Origin: Octopus vulgaris | Taxonomy: Eukaryota | Reading direction: 5' to 3' | DNA: 64,000 nucleotides | Assembly: GCA_951406725.2 (NCBI GenBank) | Contig: OX597819.1 | Location: 34,038,001 to 34,102,000, forward strand | Shown here: positions 51,996 through 64,000 of the stretch, one piece after another | Layout: every line of letters begins with the position of its first letter | Numbering within the stretch: position 1 is the first letter of the stretch | Position numbers and translations under genes: made by a program | Notes under the pieces: model-generated | Databases searched by the model: none | What the model was told of the DNA's origin: nothing | Seen by the model: only the letters and a program-made list of their open reading frames with translations

Positions 51996-52396
51996 TCTTT
52001 ATATATAAAAGAGAAGTTGTGTGTCTGTCTACTCCGATTTAGATTCCTAACTACTCCCACATTTTGCGGTGCAGTTTAATCAAAAGTGGGTATCTTATAG
52101 TCGTGATTCATATCGAGCCCTTCTGGGTATTAGCGCGCGTCTACGATAAGTCTACGATTTAAAAAAACATTTACCATCATTTTTTTCCATTTTAATGCAT
52201 TTTTTCGCTATTATATAAGGAAAGTAACTCTCTAAAAATGTCTACGATGAGTCAACGATTTAAAAAGAAATTTAATCATCATTTTTTTTCCATTTTAATG
52301 CATTTTTTCGCTATTATATAAGGAAAATAACTCTCTAAAAATGCTTATATAGTTATTTCCCTTACAAACCCGAGCAACGCCGGGCGATACTGCTAG
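51996..52396 (+). mobile_element. Helitron H1 subtype b
   Basis: A|TC start, hairpin, CTAG|T. Confidence 0.9.
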
Positions 52397-52649
52397 TTTA
52401 TGTTAAAGTAGGATTACAATTAGAACCTCTTTGATTATAAGTCTGCTCATTGAGGGCCTAAACAACAGTAACAGACAATAAATCTACACGCATTCTCATG
52501 GGATCTGGAGAAGATACTCAAACAGAAACAAAATATCATCCTCTATTTTAAAAGAAATTTCTCTCTTTTATTCCATGAATTGTTATGCTTTGTGGCTTCC
52601 ATACAGAATGTATCTGAGAAAAACTGAATGTATTACTTCCCCATTATTC

Positions 52650-52870
52650 CTGACATGCTTTATGAAACACAACAAAAAGTATTTTTTTTAAATGGACAGT
52701 GATGGATGATGAAAACATGGATTGTTTATGGACACAGAGTGAAGAAGATGTCTTAGAGTTAACAGGATAAAGCAACACTAATCACTTCTAAAATTGATTT
52801 TCATCCAAAAGAAATTCACATGGTGTGACTGATGGGATTGGGAGTAAATCCTACATTACTGAGATTTCAT
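52650..52870 (+). pseudogene. Mariner transposase remnant
   Basis: DDE(K)WIVY and FHPK...WDW motifs with frameshifts. Confidence 0.55.
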
Positions 52871-53074
52871 TGTTTAATTTATTTCATTAATAAATAATGA
52901 TAACAACAGGACAAAAGGAAAGCAGTCATCCAAGGAAAACATATATATTAGCCTTCCACCAATAGGATTAAAATCTATGTTTCCACCCAGAAATTCTGCT
53001 ATAACTAGATCTCTACAGCATTGCCTATTATCTATAAAAATATATATTTATCTCTGTAGATGTCTCTGTAATTA

Positions 53075-53370
53075 TCTCACAGTAATTGAAGTAGGTTCGA
53101 TTTGCAAACTGGGCTGTGTGTGTTGTGTTCTTGAGCAAGACACTTTATTTCAGGTTGCTCCAGTTTCTCTTAGCTATAGAAATGAGTTGTGATGTCACTG
53201 GTGCCAAGCTGTACTGGTCTTTGCCTTTCTCTTAGCGTGGAAAGGGGAGGCTGGTATGCATGGGTGACTGCTGGTCTTCCAAAAAAACAACCTTGCCTGG
53301 ACTTGTGCCTCAGAGGGGAACCTTCTAGGTGCAATCCTATGATCATTTGTGATCGAAGGCAGCTTTCCCT
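53075..53370 (+). mobile_element. SINE-E
   Basis: Homolog of 28634-28963. Confidence 0.8.
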
Positions 53371-53427
53371 TATTTCACAATAAACAAGTTACATACACAT
53401 ATACACATGTATATTTCTGTCTGTGTA

Positions 53428-53890
53428 GGTGTGGGTGAAGCTGTGTGGTAATAGGTTTGTTTCCAAACTGCATGGTTCTGGGTTCAGTCCCACTGCAAGT
53501 GTCTTTTACTATAGCCATAGGCCAAACAGAACTTTGTGATTGGAATTGGCAAATGGAAACTAAAAGAAGCCCATAGAATATTTGTGTGTTCACACACACA
53601 CACACATATGCATGCATGCACATATATGGGCTTTTGTGTGTGTGTTTGTGTCTCCTTGTCTCATCATAACACAACTGTTGTAAATTATTTTCACTGTCAT
53701 ACAAACATTGTATCATTCATTTCCAAAATAGTGTGAGAAGATGTCTGGCCATGGGGAAATATTACCTTGCTTGGGAATGCTTGAGGGCTTGCAGCAGGAA
53801 GGGCTTGCAGCTGTAGAAAATCTACCTCAATAAACTCTATCCAAACCATCAAAGTATGGAAAAGTGGATGTTAAAATGATGATGATGATC
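53428..53890 (+). mobile_element. SINE with A-type head and RTE-type 3' tail
   Basis: Head ggttctgggttcagtcccactgc; tail ggaagggc...agctgtagaaaa...ggaaaagtggatgttaaaatgatgatg. Confidence 0.7.
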
Positions 53891-53952
<62 letters not shown>

Positions 53953-53972
<20 letters not shown>

Positions 53973-54294
53973 TAGGGTATTCAAAAACATTCAATTTTGG
54001 TGAAAATATTAATCAATCTGTGGAATAAAAGCTTGAATAAAGGTCAAGTTATTGAATTAGTTTTCTTACCATTATAACATTCTTAGTAATACAATTAGAG
54101 AATTGACAGACCAATAAACGTGATATTTTTAGTTATTTGTAATTTAGTTTCTAAATTATTCAAATTATTGCCACTTGTGATCAATGCACTTTTGTTAAGG
54201 TTATGATTAAGTGAAACTGAATGGTAGATAAATGAATAATGATTGGTTATTAATTTTAACCAAAAGATGGTCAAAACTTTCTAGGAACCCAGTA
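53953..54294 (-). mobile_element. Possible mariner-derived MITE
   Basis: Weak TIRs tagggtattc / gaacccagta; minus strand QKCIDH resembles a mariner C-terminus. Confidence 0.35.
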
Positions 54295-54695
54295 TATGCT
54301 AATATGTGAGCTTGTGTGAGAATAGTAAAATATATGCAAGTATATGTTGTACATAAAATAGAAATCAAAGGGATCCATAGCTAATAATTGGTCAAGAACC
54401 CTTGGTCTAGGACATTTACCATACTGCAGCTCCCCTTAAAACTGCTTCGGTAACTTGTTATCTACCATTCTAGTAAGGTGTTCAACCCAATAAGATGAAG
54501 CAGTTGAAAGTAAGTCAGATACATGTTGAAAGGACAATGACAGAATTATTATTTTATTTTTATTTATTACAAATTTTATGAACACTTGAGGAGAAGTCCA
54601 TAACCAGTCTGATAATTCAGAAGAGTAAAGAAGATCACAGAAAGTAGTGTAATTCGAATATGATCATGGTAGTATCTCAGAATTATGACTAGCTA

Positions 54696-55097
54696 GGCGC
54701 AGGAGTGGCTGTGTGGTAAGTAGCTTGCTTACCAACCACATGGTTCCGGGTTCAATCCCACTGCATGGCACTTTGGGCAAGTGTCTTCTACTATAGCCTC
54801 GGGCCGACCAAAGCCTTGTGAGTGGATTTGGTAGACGGAAACTGAAAGAAGCCCATCGTATATATGTATATGTATATTCATATGTGTGTGTTTGTCCCCC
54901 CCCCCCAACATCGCTTGACAACCGATGCTGGTGTGTTTACGTCCCCGTAACTTAGCGGTTCGGCAAAGAGACCGATAGAATAAGTACTAGGCTTACAAAG
55001 AATAAGTACTGGGGTTGATTTCCTCGCCTAAAAGCGGTGCTCCAGCATGGCCGCAGTCAAATGACTGAAACAAGTAAAAGAGTAAAAGAGTAAGAGA
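54696..55097 (+). mobile_element. SINE-A full length
   Basis: Box A/B and tail; short flanking repeat agcta. Confidence 0.9.
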
Positions 55098-56695
55098 GCT
55101 AATCAGAGTGCATCGTGGCTTAATTTAACTTAGCGCAGTTACAGAGAGGATTGTGGAACACTGTAACTTATAACTAGATTCTTTCTAATTATATTCTGTG
55201 TATACATTATACACAGAACTACATGTGGTAATTGTAATAATTAATGTACAATTAATTTTGCAATATGAGTGACAAATATGATTTTTATGAGGAAACATCT
55301 TTGCTGCTTTACTGGAAAATTTTTTTCATGTCATATACATTAATTTAACTTTTATGATGAAACAGGGTTATTACTGTTCACTCTTGTGCAAAGTCTACAT
55401 CAAGTTTTAAATGTTGTTCCCAAAATCAACATTTTTTTTTTAACATTTTGTTTTTCGTTTAGATAATCAACATAGTGTTTAATTTTAAAATACTTCATAT
55501 GATCAAATACTCTGTCCAACCCACAGTCTACGAGATCTGTAATTAATCGGTTCTGATTACAGACAACCAGGAAAATGGACCAAACAAACAAAACTGTATT
55601 ATAATTAGTGATGAGATATTATTGAAATGATGGGACAATTTGTTATCTTCCATCCATGATTATTGTAATGATCTGAAATTTAGATTAATATGCTTAGAAC
55701 ACTTCTGAAACTAAATTTGACCTCTTAATTCATAATTTACACATTTGTTAGCTGTCATACTTCATAATAAGTCTCCCCTGAAAGAATACATCTGAGATTT
55801 CCTTACTATCTTCATTACAGCTGTGATCACCACTGATGTTGTACTCCACTGTATGCTCAATATAATAACTTGCTAAATAGATAGAAATAATAGCAAAGAT
55901 ACTTGAATATAAAAGAAATACTATTCCCTTTCTCAATGCAAACACTACTTCTTTCTCTTTTCCTCCACTACTATCACTCTTCTTGTCCTTCTCCACTGCC
56001 TTTCTCTTTCTCTCTCCTTCACTACAATCTCTATATTATCTAGAAATGCAATTGGCTTCTACAATGCAGCTGGCTTCTACAACAAAAGATGAGTTTGAAA
56101 ATGAATTTATGTCTATATCAGAAGTCAAATACTTTATAAAAGAGAAAGAAGAGAATTAATATTCATGGTGTTGCAGCATTGCCAGGTTTACATACTGTGT
56201 CATGTGACTTAGCACAATGGTCACGTGATCCATACTATTTAACAGGGAAGAGTTTCATGTGAGAGTTCAATCATGTAGAGGAAGAAGGCTTTCAGGAGTA
56301 CATAGCTACAGCATTACTTGGATGAATACTTCATTACAAAGCTTTTAATAAGGGACTTGTGAAAATATAATGGTGACATTGATAGTTTATTTGTGTCTTA
56401 ACAAATTTATTTGTACCAATTCCTGACTCAAAAAATGGTTTAGTTTTTCCTTATAAATGATATGGTATTTTTTTGCAGCACTTTTCTTTTATGCTACTAT
56501 TTTTATTTAGGAGAATATTTTCAATTATTTTAATGAGATTTTTTTCATTACTGGAACAATTCTAGGTTCAAAAGACTACTGGTGAATAGAAAACTCCTTT
56601 TTCATGGAATTTCGTTAACAGAATCCAAAGATGACTTAAATCTATTTGATTCTGCAGTAAATTTTGTAGAAAAAAATAATTCAATCTGAAGCTTA

Positions 56696-57072
56696 TACTC
56701 TTTTACTCTTTTACTCTTTTACTTGTTTCAGTCATTTGACTGTGGCCATGCTGGAGCACCGCCTTTAGTCGAACAAATCGACCCCGGGACTTATTCTTTG
56801 TAATCCCAGTACTTATTCTATCGGTCTCTTTTGCCGAACCGCTAAGTGACGGGGACATAAACACACCAGCATCGGTTGTCAAGCAATGCTAGGGGGACAA
56901 ACACAGACACACAAACACACACACACACATATATATATACATATATACGACAGGCTTCTTTCAGTTTCTGTCTACCAAATCCACTCACAAGGCATTGGTC
57001 GGCCCGGGTCTATAGCAGAAGACACTTGCCCAAGATGCGGTTGGTTAGCAAGCTACTTACCACACAGCCACT
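56696..57072 (-). mobile_element. SINE-A with deletion in the head
   Basis: Match to other copies; box B segment missing. Confidence 0.88.
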
Positions 57073-57399
57073 TTTATTTTGAAAAGGTCAAATAGCCCCT
57101 ACATGAGTGCAACCCAACCATATAATTGATCCAGTTGTTACAACAGTTTGATTGCATGGTGTAGTTATAGTATTCCTTTGCTTTTCTGCTCTTGATCCTT
57201 ATATTGTCATTTGGAAAGATTTTAATTACTCTAGCTATGGGTGTACCCTAGTATCATACTGCTTTCATTTCTGTTTTTACTGAACCATTAGCAATTTCTT
57301 TTTCCTAATTACCTCTACTAGAAAGTGAGTAGGGGTTAAAAAATTTTCAAGGAGGCAATCACCGTAAGCAACTCAATATAGTCTCTCTATGTATCTTTT

Positions 57400-57795
57400 A
57401 AATGTTTCACTCATTAGACAGCAGACATCCTGGGACACCACCTTGAAGAAATTTTAGTCGAGTTAATTGATGCCAGGACATTCTTTTGTTAAGCCTGGGA
57501 CTTATTCTATCGTTCTCTTCTGCTGAACTGCTAAGTTACAAAGACGTAAACACACTGACATCAGTTGTCAAGTGGTGGTGGGAGAACAGACACAAAGGCA
57601 CAAACATGTACGTGTGTGTGTGTGTGTACACACAATGGGCTTCTTTCAGCTTCCATCTACCAAATCCATTCACAAGGCTTTGGTCAGCCCAAGGCTATAG
57701 TAGAAGACACTTGCCCAAGATGCCATGCAGCAGGACTAAACCCTGAACCATGTGGTTGGGAAGCAAGGTACAGACCACATAGCCGTGTCTGCTCC
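57400..57795 (-). mobile_element. Older SINE-A
   Basis: Colinear degenerate match. Confidence 0.8.
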
Positions 57796-58324
57796 TAGTT
57801 GAGAATGAAATTGTTTTCTAGCTTGGAGACAGACATATCTTCACATACCCAACTGTCAAATAAAAACAGAACAGATATATCATCTATGCTTCTTATATTA
57901 AACACAGACATTGGCATAACCAAATAAGACCTTTTAAATCAGAACTGATGCCAATGATTGCAACAAAAAAGGAAAAAGACAAAAAAATTGCAATTTATTC
58001 TTTAGCAATATTTTTTTGGTGACTATTCAATATACATATGTAAGTATGAACCAGCAAAAGAAAACTCCATTAGGTTGCAAGAAACTGTAGTCAAATCCCC
58101 CACCCCAAATCACATCTCACTGTCTAAAACACACACACATATGTAAATATATGCATTTGTGTGTGTGTTTATGTGTGTGTGTGTGGTGAAGCGTTAGTAG
58201 AACTAATTTTCACAAATTTGACTCTACTCTGTGAATAGTCACAATATCAGTAAATGTTCCGTTGTTATTCTTAAATGCACTTTAAATTAATGACCTTCAC
58301 CTTGTTTTTTTACCTATATATGTT

Positions 58325-58585
58325 CTTTTATTCTTTTATTTGTTTCAGTCATTTTTACTGCCGCCATGCTGGAGAATCACCTCTTTAGTCAAACAAGTCA
58401 ACCTCAGGACTTATTCTTTGTAAGCCTAGTATTTATTCTATCAGTTTCTCTCTACCAAATCCACTCACACGGTTTTGGTTCGCCTGAAGCTGTAGGGGAA
58501 GACACTTGCCCAAGGTGCTACACGGTAGGACTAAACCCGGAACCATGTGGTTGGTAAGCAAGCTACTTACCACACAGCCACTGCC

Positions 58586-58587
<2 letters not shown>
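58325..58587 (-). mobile_element. SINE-A with central deletion
   Basis: Tail module joined directly to the head module. Confidence 0.8.
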
Positions 58588-58623
<36 letters not shown>

Positions 58624-59057
58624 ACCAACAGCCAAATTTCTTTCTCTCTGTTGTGGCTGGAACTAGGAAGATGTGTTCTTGTCTGTCTCCTGTCTAAGCT
58701 TGATTTATGCATTCACCACCATAACCTCATTTAAGCTTAGCAGCCCTCCCTGTTTGTTTTCACTGTCCTGTTTTTGTTACCTATTTTGACCCTCTGCAAA
58801 AATCCCAAATTTTATTTAATTTGCTTTGCAGGAGAAACTGTTTTATTGAAGCATATATTGTTGTTAAATGCTTGAAATACGGGACTAGAAAAACAGCCAA
58901 CAGCTGATGAAGGGTTGTTTTTTATGTTGTTTGTTTTGTTTTCCATTTGTGTCTTTCATTGTTCGAAACAATAGTTCATATTCCATGTACTCGTGCTTCA
59001 TACTTTTTTGGTTTTACATGTTTCATGACGTCCTGTGCCCACATATGCATATATATA

Positions 59058-59295
59058 TCATCATCATCATCATTTAGGGTCCGCTTTCCATGCTAGCATG
59101 GGTTGGACGGTTCAACTGGGGTCTGGGAAGCTGGAAGGCTTTGTCAGGCCCAGTCAGATCTGGCAGTGTTTCTACGGCTGGATGCCCTTCCTAATGCCAA
59201 CCACTCCGTGAGTGTAGTGGGTGCTTTTTACGTGCCACCCGCACAGGTGCCAGACAGAGCTGGCAAACGGCCATGAACGGATGGTGCTTTTACGT
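59058..59295 (-). mobile_element. RTE LINE 3' fragment
   Basis: (CAT)n, conserved terminus and one UTR unit. Confidence 0.85.
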
Positions 59296-59384
59296 GTATA
59301 TATATATATATATATATATACATGTAGATGTAAGTATGTACATATACGTATGTATATATGCATATATATATATATTATTTCTAT

Positions 59385-59451
<67 letters not shown>

Positions 59452-59899
59452 ATGTATATATAATATAAATAGAAAATTATTATTTCTAAATCTCTGAACA
59501 AGAGACATTCAGTAACAGTACTCTATATATACATAGAAAGAAGGAAAGAGAGATGGATGGACAGACAGAGTAACACACACATGCACACAAACAAACACAC
59601 ATGTACACATATATATTGCAAAAAGCAAATATAGATAAAAAAAAAACTTAGAAGAAAAAGAACAAAAGTACAACAAAGCATTACAAGGTTATTAGTTTGA
59701 CACCCAAGGAATACTGGAACAAGTAAAGTGTATTATATTTCTAACATTGTCTTTCTTTAGATATTAGAGAAATGTCTAAGAGAAACTGGAAAGATTTATA
59801 CAGTTCCATCTTAAGGCATGAGCACACTCTAAAGTTTGCTCAGGGGCCTCGCAGGTCTAGGGCTCAACTATGGCCTAGCTATGGTATGGCTTACTGTCA

Positions 59900-59937
<38 letters not shown>

Positions 59938-59945
<8 letters not shown>

Positions 59946-60153
59946 TATATTCAGGGTACTACTATTCATAGATACCAACACGCTAAGAGGGACCAATGCG
60001 GTCAAAACTACTAAAAATAAACAAAATTTTACCGAATGCAAAAACTTCAAAACACATCATTGATGTGTTTTGAAGTTTAGTAATTTTGACCGCATTGGTC
60101 CCTCTTAGCGTGTTGGTATCTATGAATAGTAGTACCCTCAATATAATATAAAT
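59938..60153. repeat. Near-perfect fold-back with asymmetric centre
   Basis: Outer arms 59938-60015 / 60076-60153; inner hairpin 60042-60078. Confidence 0.92.
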
Positions 60154-60232
60154 GAATATTTTCAAAGAGGAAGAATTTACGGATTTTTTTCTCTTACGAG
60201 GTAATTTCTTTTAAAGATTTTATCCTCAATTG

Positions 60233-60273
<41 letters not shown>

Positions 60274-60326
60274 CCCAGTACATTAATTCACCTAGGGGAT
60301 TATAATATTTGTTAAGACAGCCTAGA

Positions 60327-60371
<45 letters not shown>

Positions 60372-60760
60372 GTATATATATACATATATATATAACCAAG
60401 AAAAAAGCAACAAGAATGGATCAGTAGTTTAGTACAATTGTTTTATACTAAGAACATTTTATTTAAAGCTGCAAATATTACAGCAAATATAATGTCAAGT
60501 ATTCATCAGCTAAATCACATATATGTTTTCCAAACATCCTAGAGAGTGTAAATATCCTTATGAAGTATTAGGAGTGAGTTCTATGTATTTGAAGTAAGAT
60601 TATAAGCAGACTTTATGTTTTCCAACAGTGCACAGTTTTTAAAAATGTTTTTAAAATGATTATTAACTTCTCAGGGAAGGTAAATCCATCCATAAAGATG
60701 CAGATATAAGTTCCAGGAGACATGAGGAAAGATGCTGGTCACACACCGGTTCAGTTCACA

Positions 60761-60807
<47 letters not shown>

Positions 60808-60824
60808 GTAGTGATTCCAAACAA

Positions 60825-61020
60825 AGAAGAACAAGAAAAACAACAACACAAGGACGTGGTACAAGTATTGTATTATCACATGCTCAAGAAAGGAAAGAAA
60901 GAGGATTTTACATTTCGAGCAAAGCTCTTCTTCAGAAATAGAGGAAAGTCCAAAAGAAGGGAAGACGGAGGAAGAAAATTACCAACAATACATATGTGGT
61001 TACATTTTGAAATGACCGGA
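60825..61020 (-). mobile_element. Penelope-like pLTR remnant with hammerhead-like core
   Basis: Minus strand ctgaagaa-gagc-ttt-gctc-gaaa at ~60913-60935. Confidence 0.5.
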
Positions 61021-61142
61021 AGGGAATGGGTGAAGAAAAAGTTCTTTCCAAGACAGGAAAGTGCAAGAGAAATTAATAAAATTATATTCGTCATTCCCCA
61101 AATATTATACAGGTTTGATTACTTTTAATATGTATAATTATC

Positions 61143-61355
61143 AAGGTGGCAAGCTGGTGGAATCATTCACACACCGGACGAAATGCTTAGCAGCATTTCA
61201 TCTTGTTTTTACATTCAGAGTTTAAATTCCATTGCAGTCACCTTTGCCTTTCATCCTTTTAGGGTTGATAAAATAAGTACTAGTTGAGCACTGGGGGCTA
61301 TGTCATTGACCTACACCCTCCCCCAAAATTGCAGGCTTTCAAACAAAATTTGAAA
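61143..61355 (+). mobile_element. Degenerate SINE-B
   Basis: gaaatgcttagc...tttgcctttcatcctttt...gataaaataagtac. Confidence 0.8.
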
Positions 61356-61371
61356 CGAATATATATATATT

Positions 61372-61534
61372 CGCAGGAGTGGCTGTGTGGTAAGTAGCTT
61401 GCTTACCAACCACATGGTTCCGGGTTCAGTCCCACTGCGTGGCACCTTGGGCAACTGTCTTCTACTATAGCCCCGGGTCGACCAATGCCTTGTGAGTGGA
61501 TTTGGTAGACGGAAGCTGAAAGAAGCCCGTCGTA

Positions 61535-61583
<49 letters not shown>

Positions 61584-61809
61584 ATGTGTGTGTGTTTGTG
61601 TGTCTGTGTTTGTCCCCCCAACATCGCTTGACAACCGATGCTGGTGTGTTTACGTCCCCATCACTTAGCGTTCGGCAAAAGAGACCGATAGAATAAGTAC
61701 TGGGCTTACAAAGAATAAGTCCTGGGGTCGATTTGCTCAACTAAAAGCGGTGCTCCAGCATGGCCGCAGTCAAATGGCTGAAACAAGTAAAAGAGAGTAA
61801 AAGAGAGTA
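61372..61809 (+). mobile_element. SINE-A full length
   Basis: Box A/B and tail. Confidence 0.9.
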
Positions 61810-62450
61810 TATAAAATGTTGTAGTTAATGATTCACTCATTATCTACATTATGCTATTTTTCTACAATAAATGCTCTACTTAATTTCACAAATGTTGCAC
61901 ATGTATATACATGCACAAATACCAAAATATATACATAATATTTATATATATTTTGGTATTTTGTTATTGTAAGTTCATGGATACATGATCTTACAAACAG
62001 GTTACAGACATTTTCAAAAGGTTTTCCAGGGACAGCAGATTTAGTTTACGCTAAAGCTGCATATTTATAACAAATCTGACACATTCCATGCAAAGGATAC
62101 AAATGTACATAATAAGCATTATTAGTCATATTCACTGCAAAAGTTCCTGAAGAAAAAATATTTTTTCTATAGACATAAGGAGGCACCAACTTGGCCTTCT
62201 GAAGTTTTCAATCTGTAATTTCAAATTTTTCTTTTCTTTTTTTTTTTTTTTGTTCTGCTTAAAGGAAGAGAAAAACATGCACGCAGTGTAATAAGTGAAT
62301 AGGTTAAAGTTGAGTATGTGATACCTCTCAGTAAGTTGAAAATAAAAGGTAATGATGTAATATAACGAAATATATGAACTAAAATAATGAAGAGTGGAAT
62401 AAGTGCATGTACAAATACATATAGCATATTAGACATATATTGACAACACA

Positions 62451-62860
62451 TACTCTTTTACTCTTTTACTTGTTTCAGTCAGTTGACTGTGGCCATGCTG
62501 GAGCACCACCTTTAGTCGAGCAACTTGACCCCGGGACTTATTCTTTCTAAGCCCAGTACTTATTCAATCGGTCTCTTTTGCCGAACCGCTAAGTGATGGG
62601 GACATAAACACACCAGCATCGGTTGTCAAGCAATGCTAGGGGGACAAACACAGACACACAAACACACACGCAAACATATATATATATATATATACATATA
62701 TACGACGGGCTTCTTTCAGTTTCTGTCTACCAAATCCACTCACAAGGCTTTGGTCGGCCCGAGGCTATAGTCAAAGACACTTGCCCAAGGTGCCACACAG
62801 TGGGACTGAACCTGGAATCATGTGGTTGGTAAGCACGCTACTTACCACACAGTCACTCCT
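62451..62860 (-). mobile_element. SINE-A full length
   Basis: Box A/B and tail. Confidence 0.9.
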
Positions 62861-64000
62861 ATATTATGAAAGTCATATGGACGCTCAAGGTTCATATGGA
62901 CCCTAGTTGAAAACCACTGATTTACATTCTAATTTCAAATCTCTTCAAAATCAATTTTTATTTTCATCTACCAGGAATCTATAAAATAACACCTGGGCAT
63001 GATTTACTCAACTACAACATGCTACACCTCTAATTTATAAAGCTCGCACAGGTGATACTCTACATCAACTTCATTAGCCACAATATTTGTACAACAGTAT
63101 ATAAATAATTAATAAACTGGCACAACTGAAAATAGTTTCTTAGACAGATTATTCATCTAACATGTAGTCAGCTAAGAACATTAACATTTTGTTGAAGAGT
63201 TCTAAAGAAAAACCAAGATTTTTCAGTACTAATTGACTATACAAGAGTAGTTAATACAAGTGGATACTGAATAATGGAAGAAACTCATGTTTCATTTACT
63301 CCATTTAAGCTAAATGTGACGGCAAAGTACACTGTATTCAGCCGTCTCTTCATTCTCATAGCCATATTTCAATTCCACCTCTATCTCTCTTTTGATTTTG
63401 GTGAATAGATGTTCAGTGAAGAATTCTTTAAAGTTCCTTTGCATCATAGTAGGCATTCATACAAGAAAGTAGGTGTGTTTTGGATTGATCAGAGAAAGTT
63501 AATTGATTTCATAAAGCTTCAAGGTCAAGAGAGACTGGGAATTATCAGAACTAAGTGCTGTAGAGTGTGTGTTGAATAAGAGCCATTAATTTATTCAACA
63601 AAGCGAATATTTACAGAGGGATATTGAAAAGTCTGTTTGTTAAAAGCCATTCCTTGCAACCACTTCTAATTTTTCAGGTGGATTTGTTTATTTGATTTCA
63701 GAGATAGTCACCTTTCTCAAGGACAGAATGGTTCTTTAGGGGTAAAAAAATGGCAAAGAAACAGTAACACATACACACACATATACGCACACATATGCAA
63801 CATATGATATATGTATGATGGATTCTAGTCGCTGATCCAAAAATACATTTCTCCAGACCAATATTGGAGGCTCTGCAAAAGGCCCATCTTTGACAAAGGC
63901 AGTCTAGAAGTGTGTTTAGAAATACCCTTAGAAGTTTTATGCACTGCTTTTCAACAAATTATTAAAGAAACATGTTTTTCTGTAGAAATCATAAGAAAAT

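Noticed and set aside
54696-54770. tRNA gene
   Set aside because: It is a SINE head with A/B boxes that continues into the SINE body; no complete cloverleaf
55748-55996. 82-aa ORF with a hydrophobic stretch
   Set aside because: Non-ATG start, partly low-complexity, no recognisable family
61917-61961. Small AT-rich hairpin
   Set aside because: Short and low-complexity; expected in this background

Overview
AT-rich, repeat-saturated eukaryotic DNA. It is most likely intronic or intergenic sequence from an octopus-type cephalopod, inferred from the tRNA-derived SINE families, RTE tails and very dense microsatellites. I found no intact protein-coding gene; nearly all listed ORFs come from microsatellites or SINEs. 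The window holds at least four tRNA-derived SINE families (over 40 copies or fragments) and several 5'-truncated RTE-clade LINEs, one with a long tandem-repeat 3' UTR. It also holds a full-length decayed Tc1, a full-length decayed mariner, a deleted maT-like element, seven non-autonomous Helitrons, piggyBac-like MITEs and many Penelope-like remnants. The most notable structures are several fold-back elements, some with hammerhead-like cores; closely spaced inverted SINE pairs; a TSD-bounded multimeric SINE; nested or back-to-back Helitrons; and a retroposon insertion that appears to have captured about 100 bp of local DNA. I see no convincing new biological system. Family assignments are by eye and unverified, and boundaries of degenerate copies are approximate.
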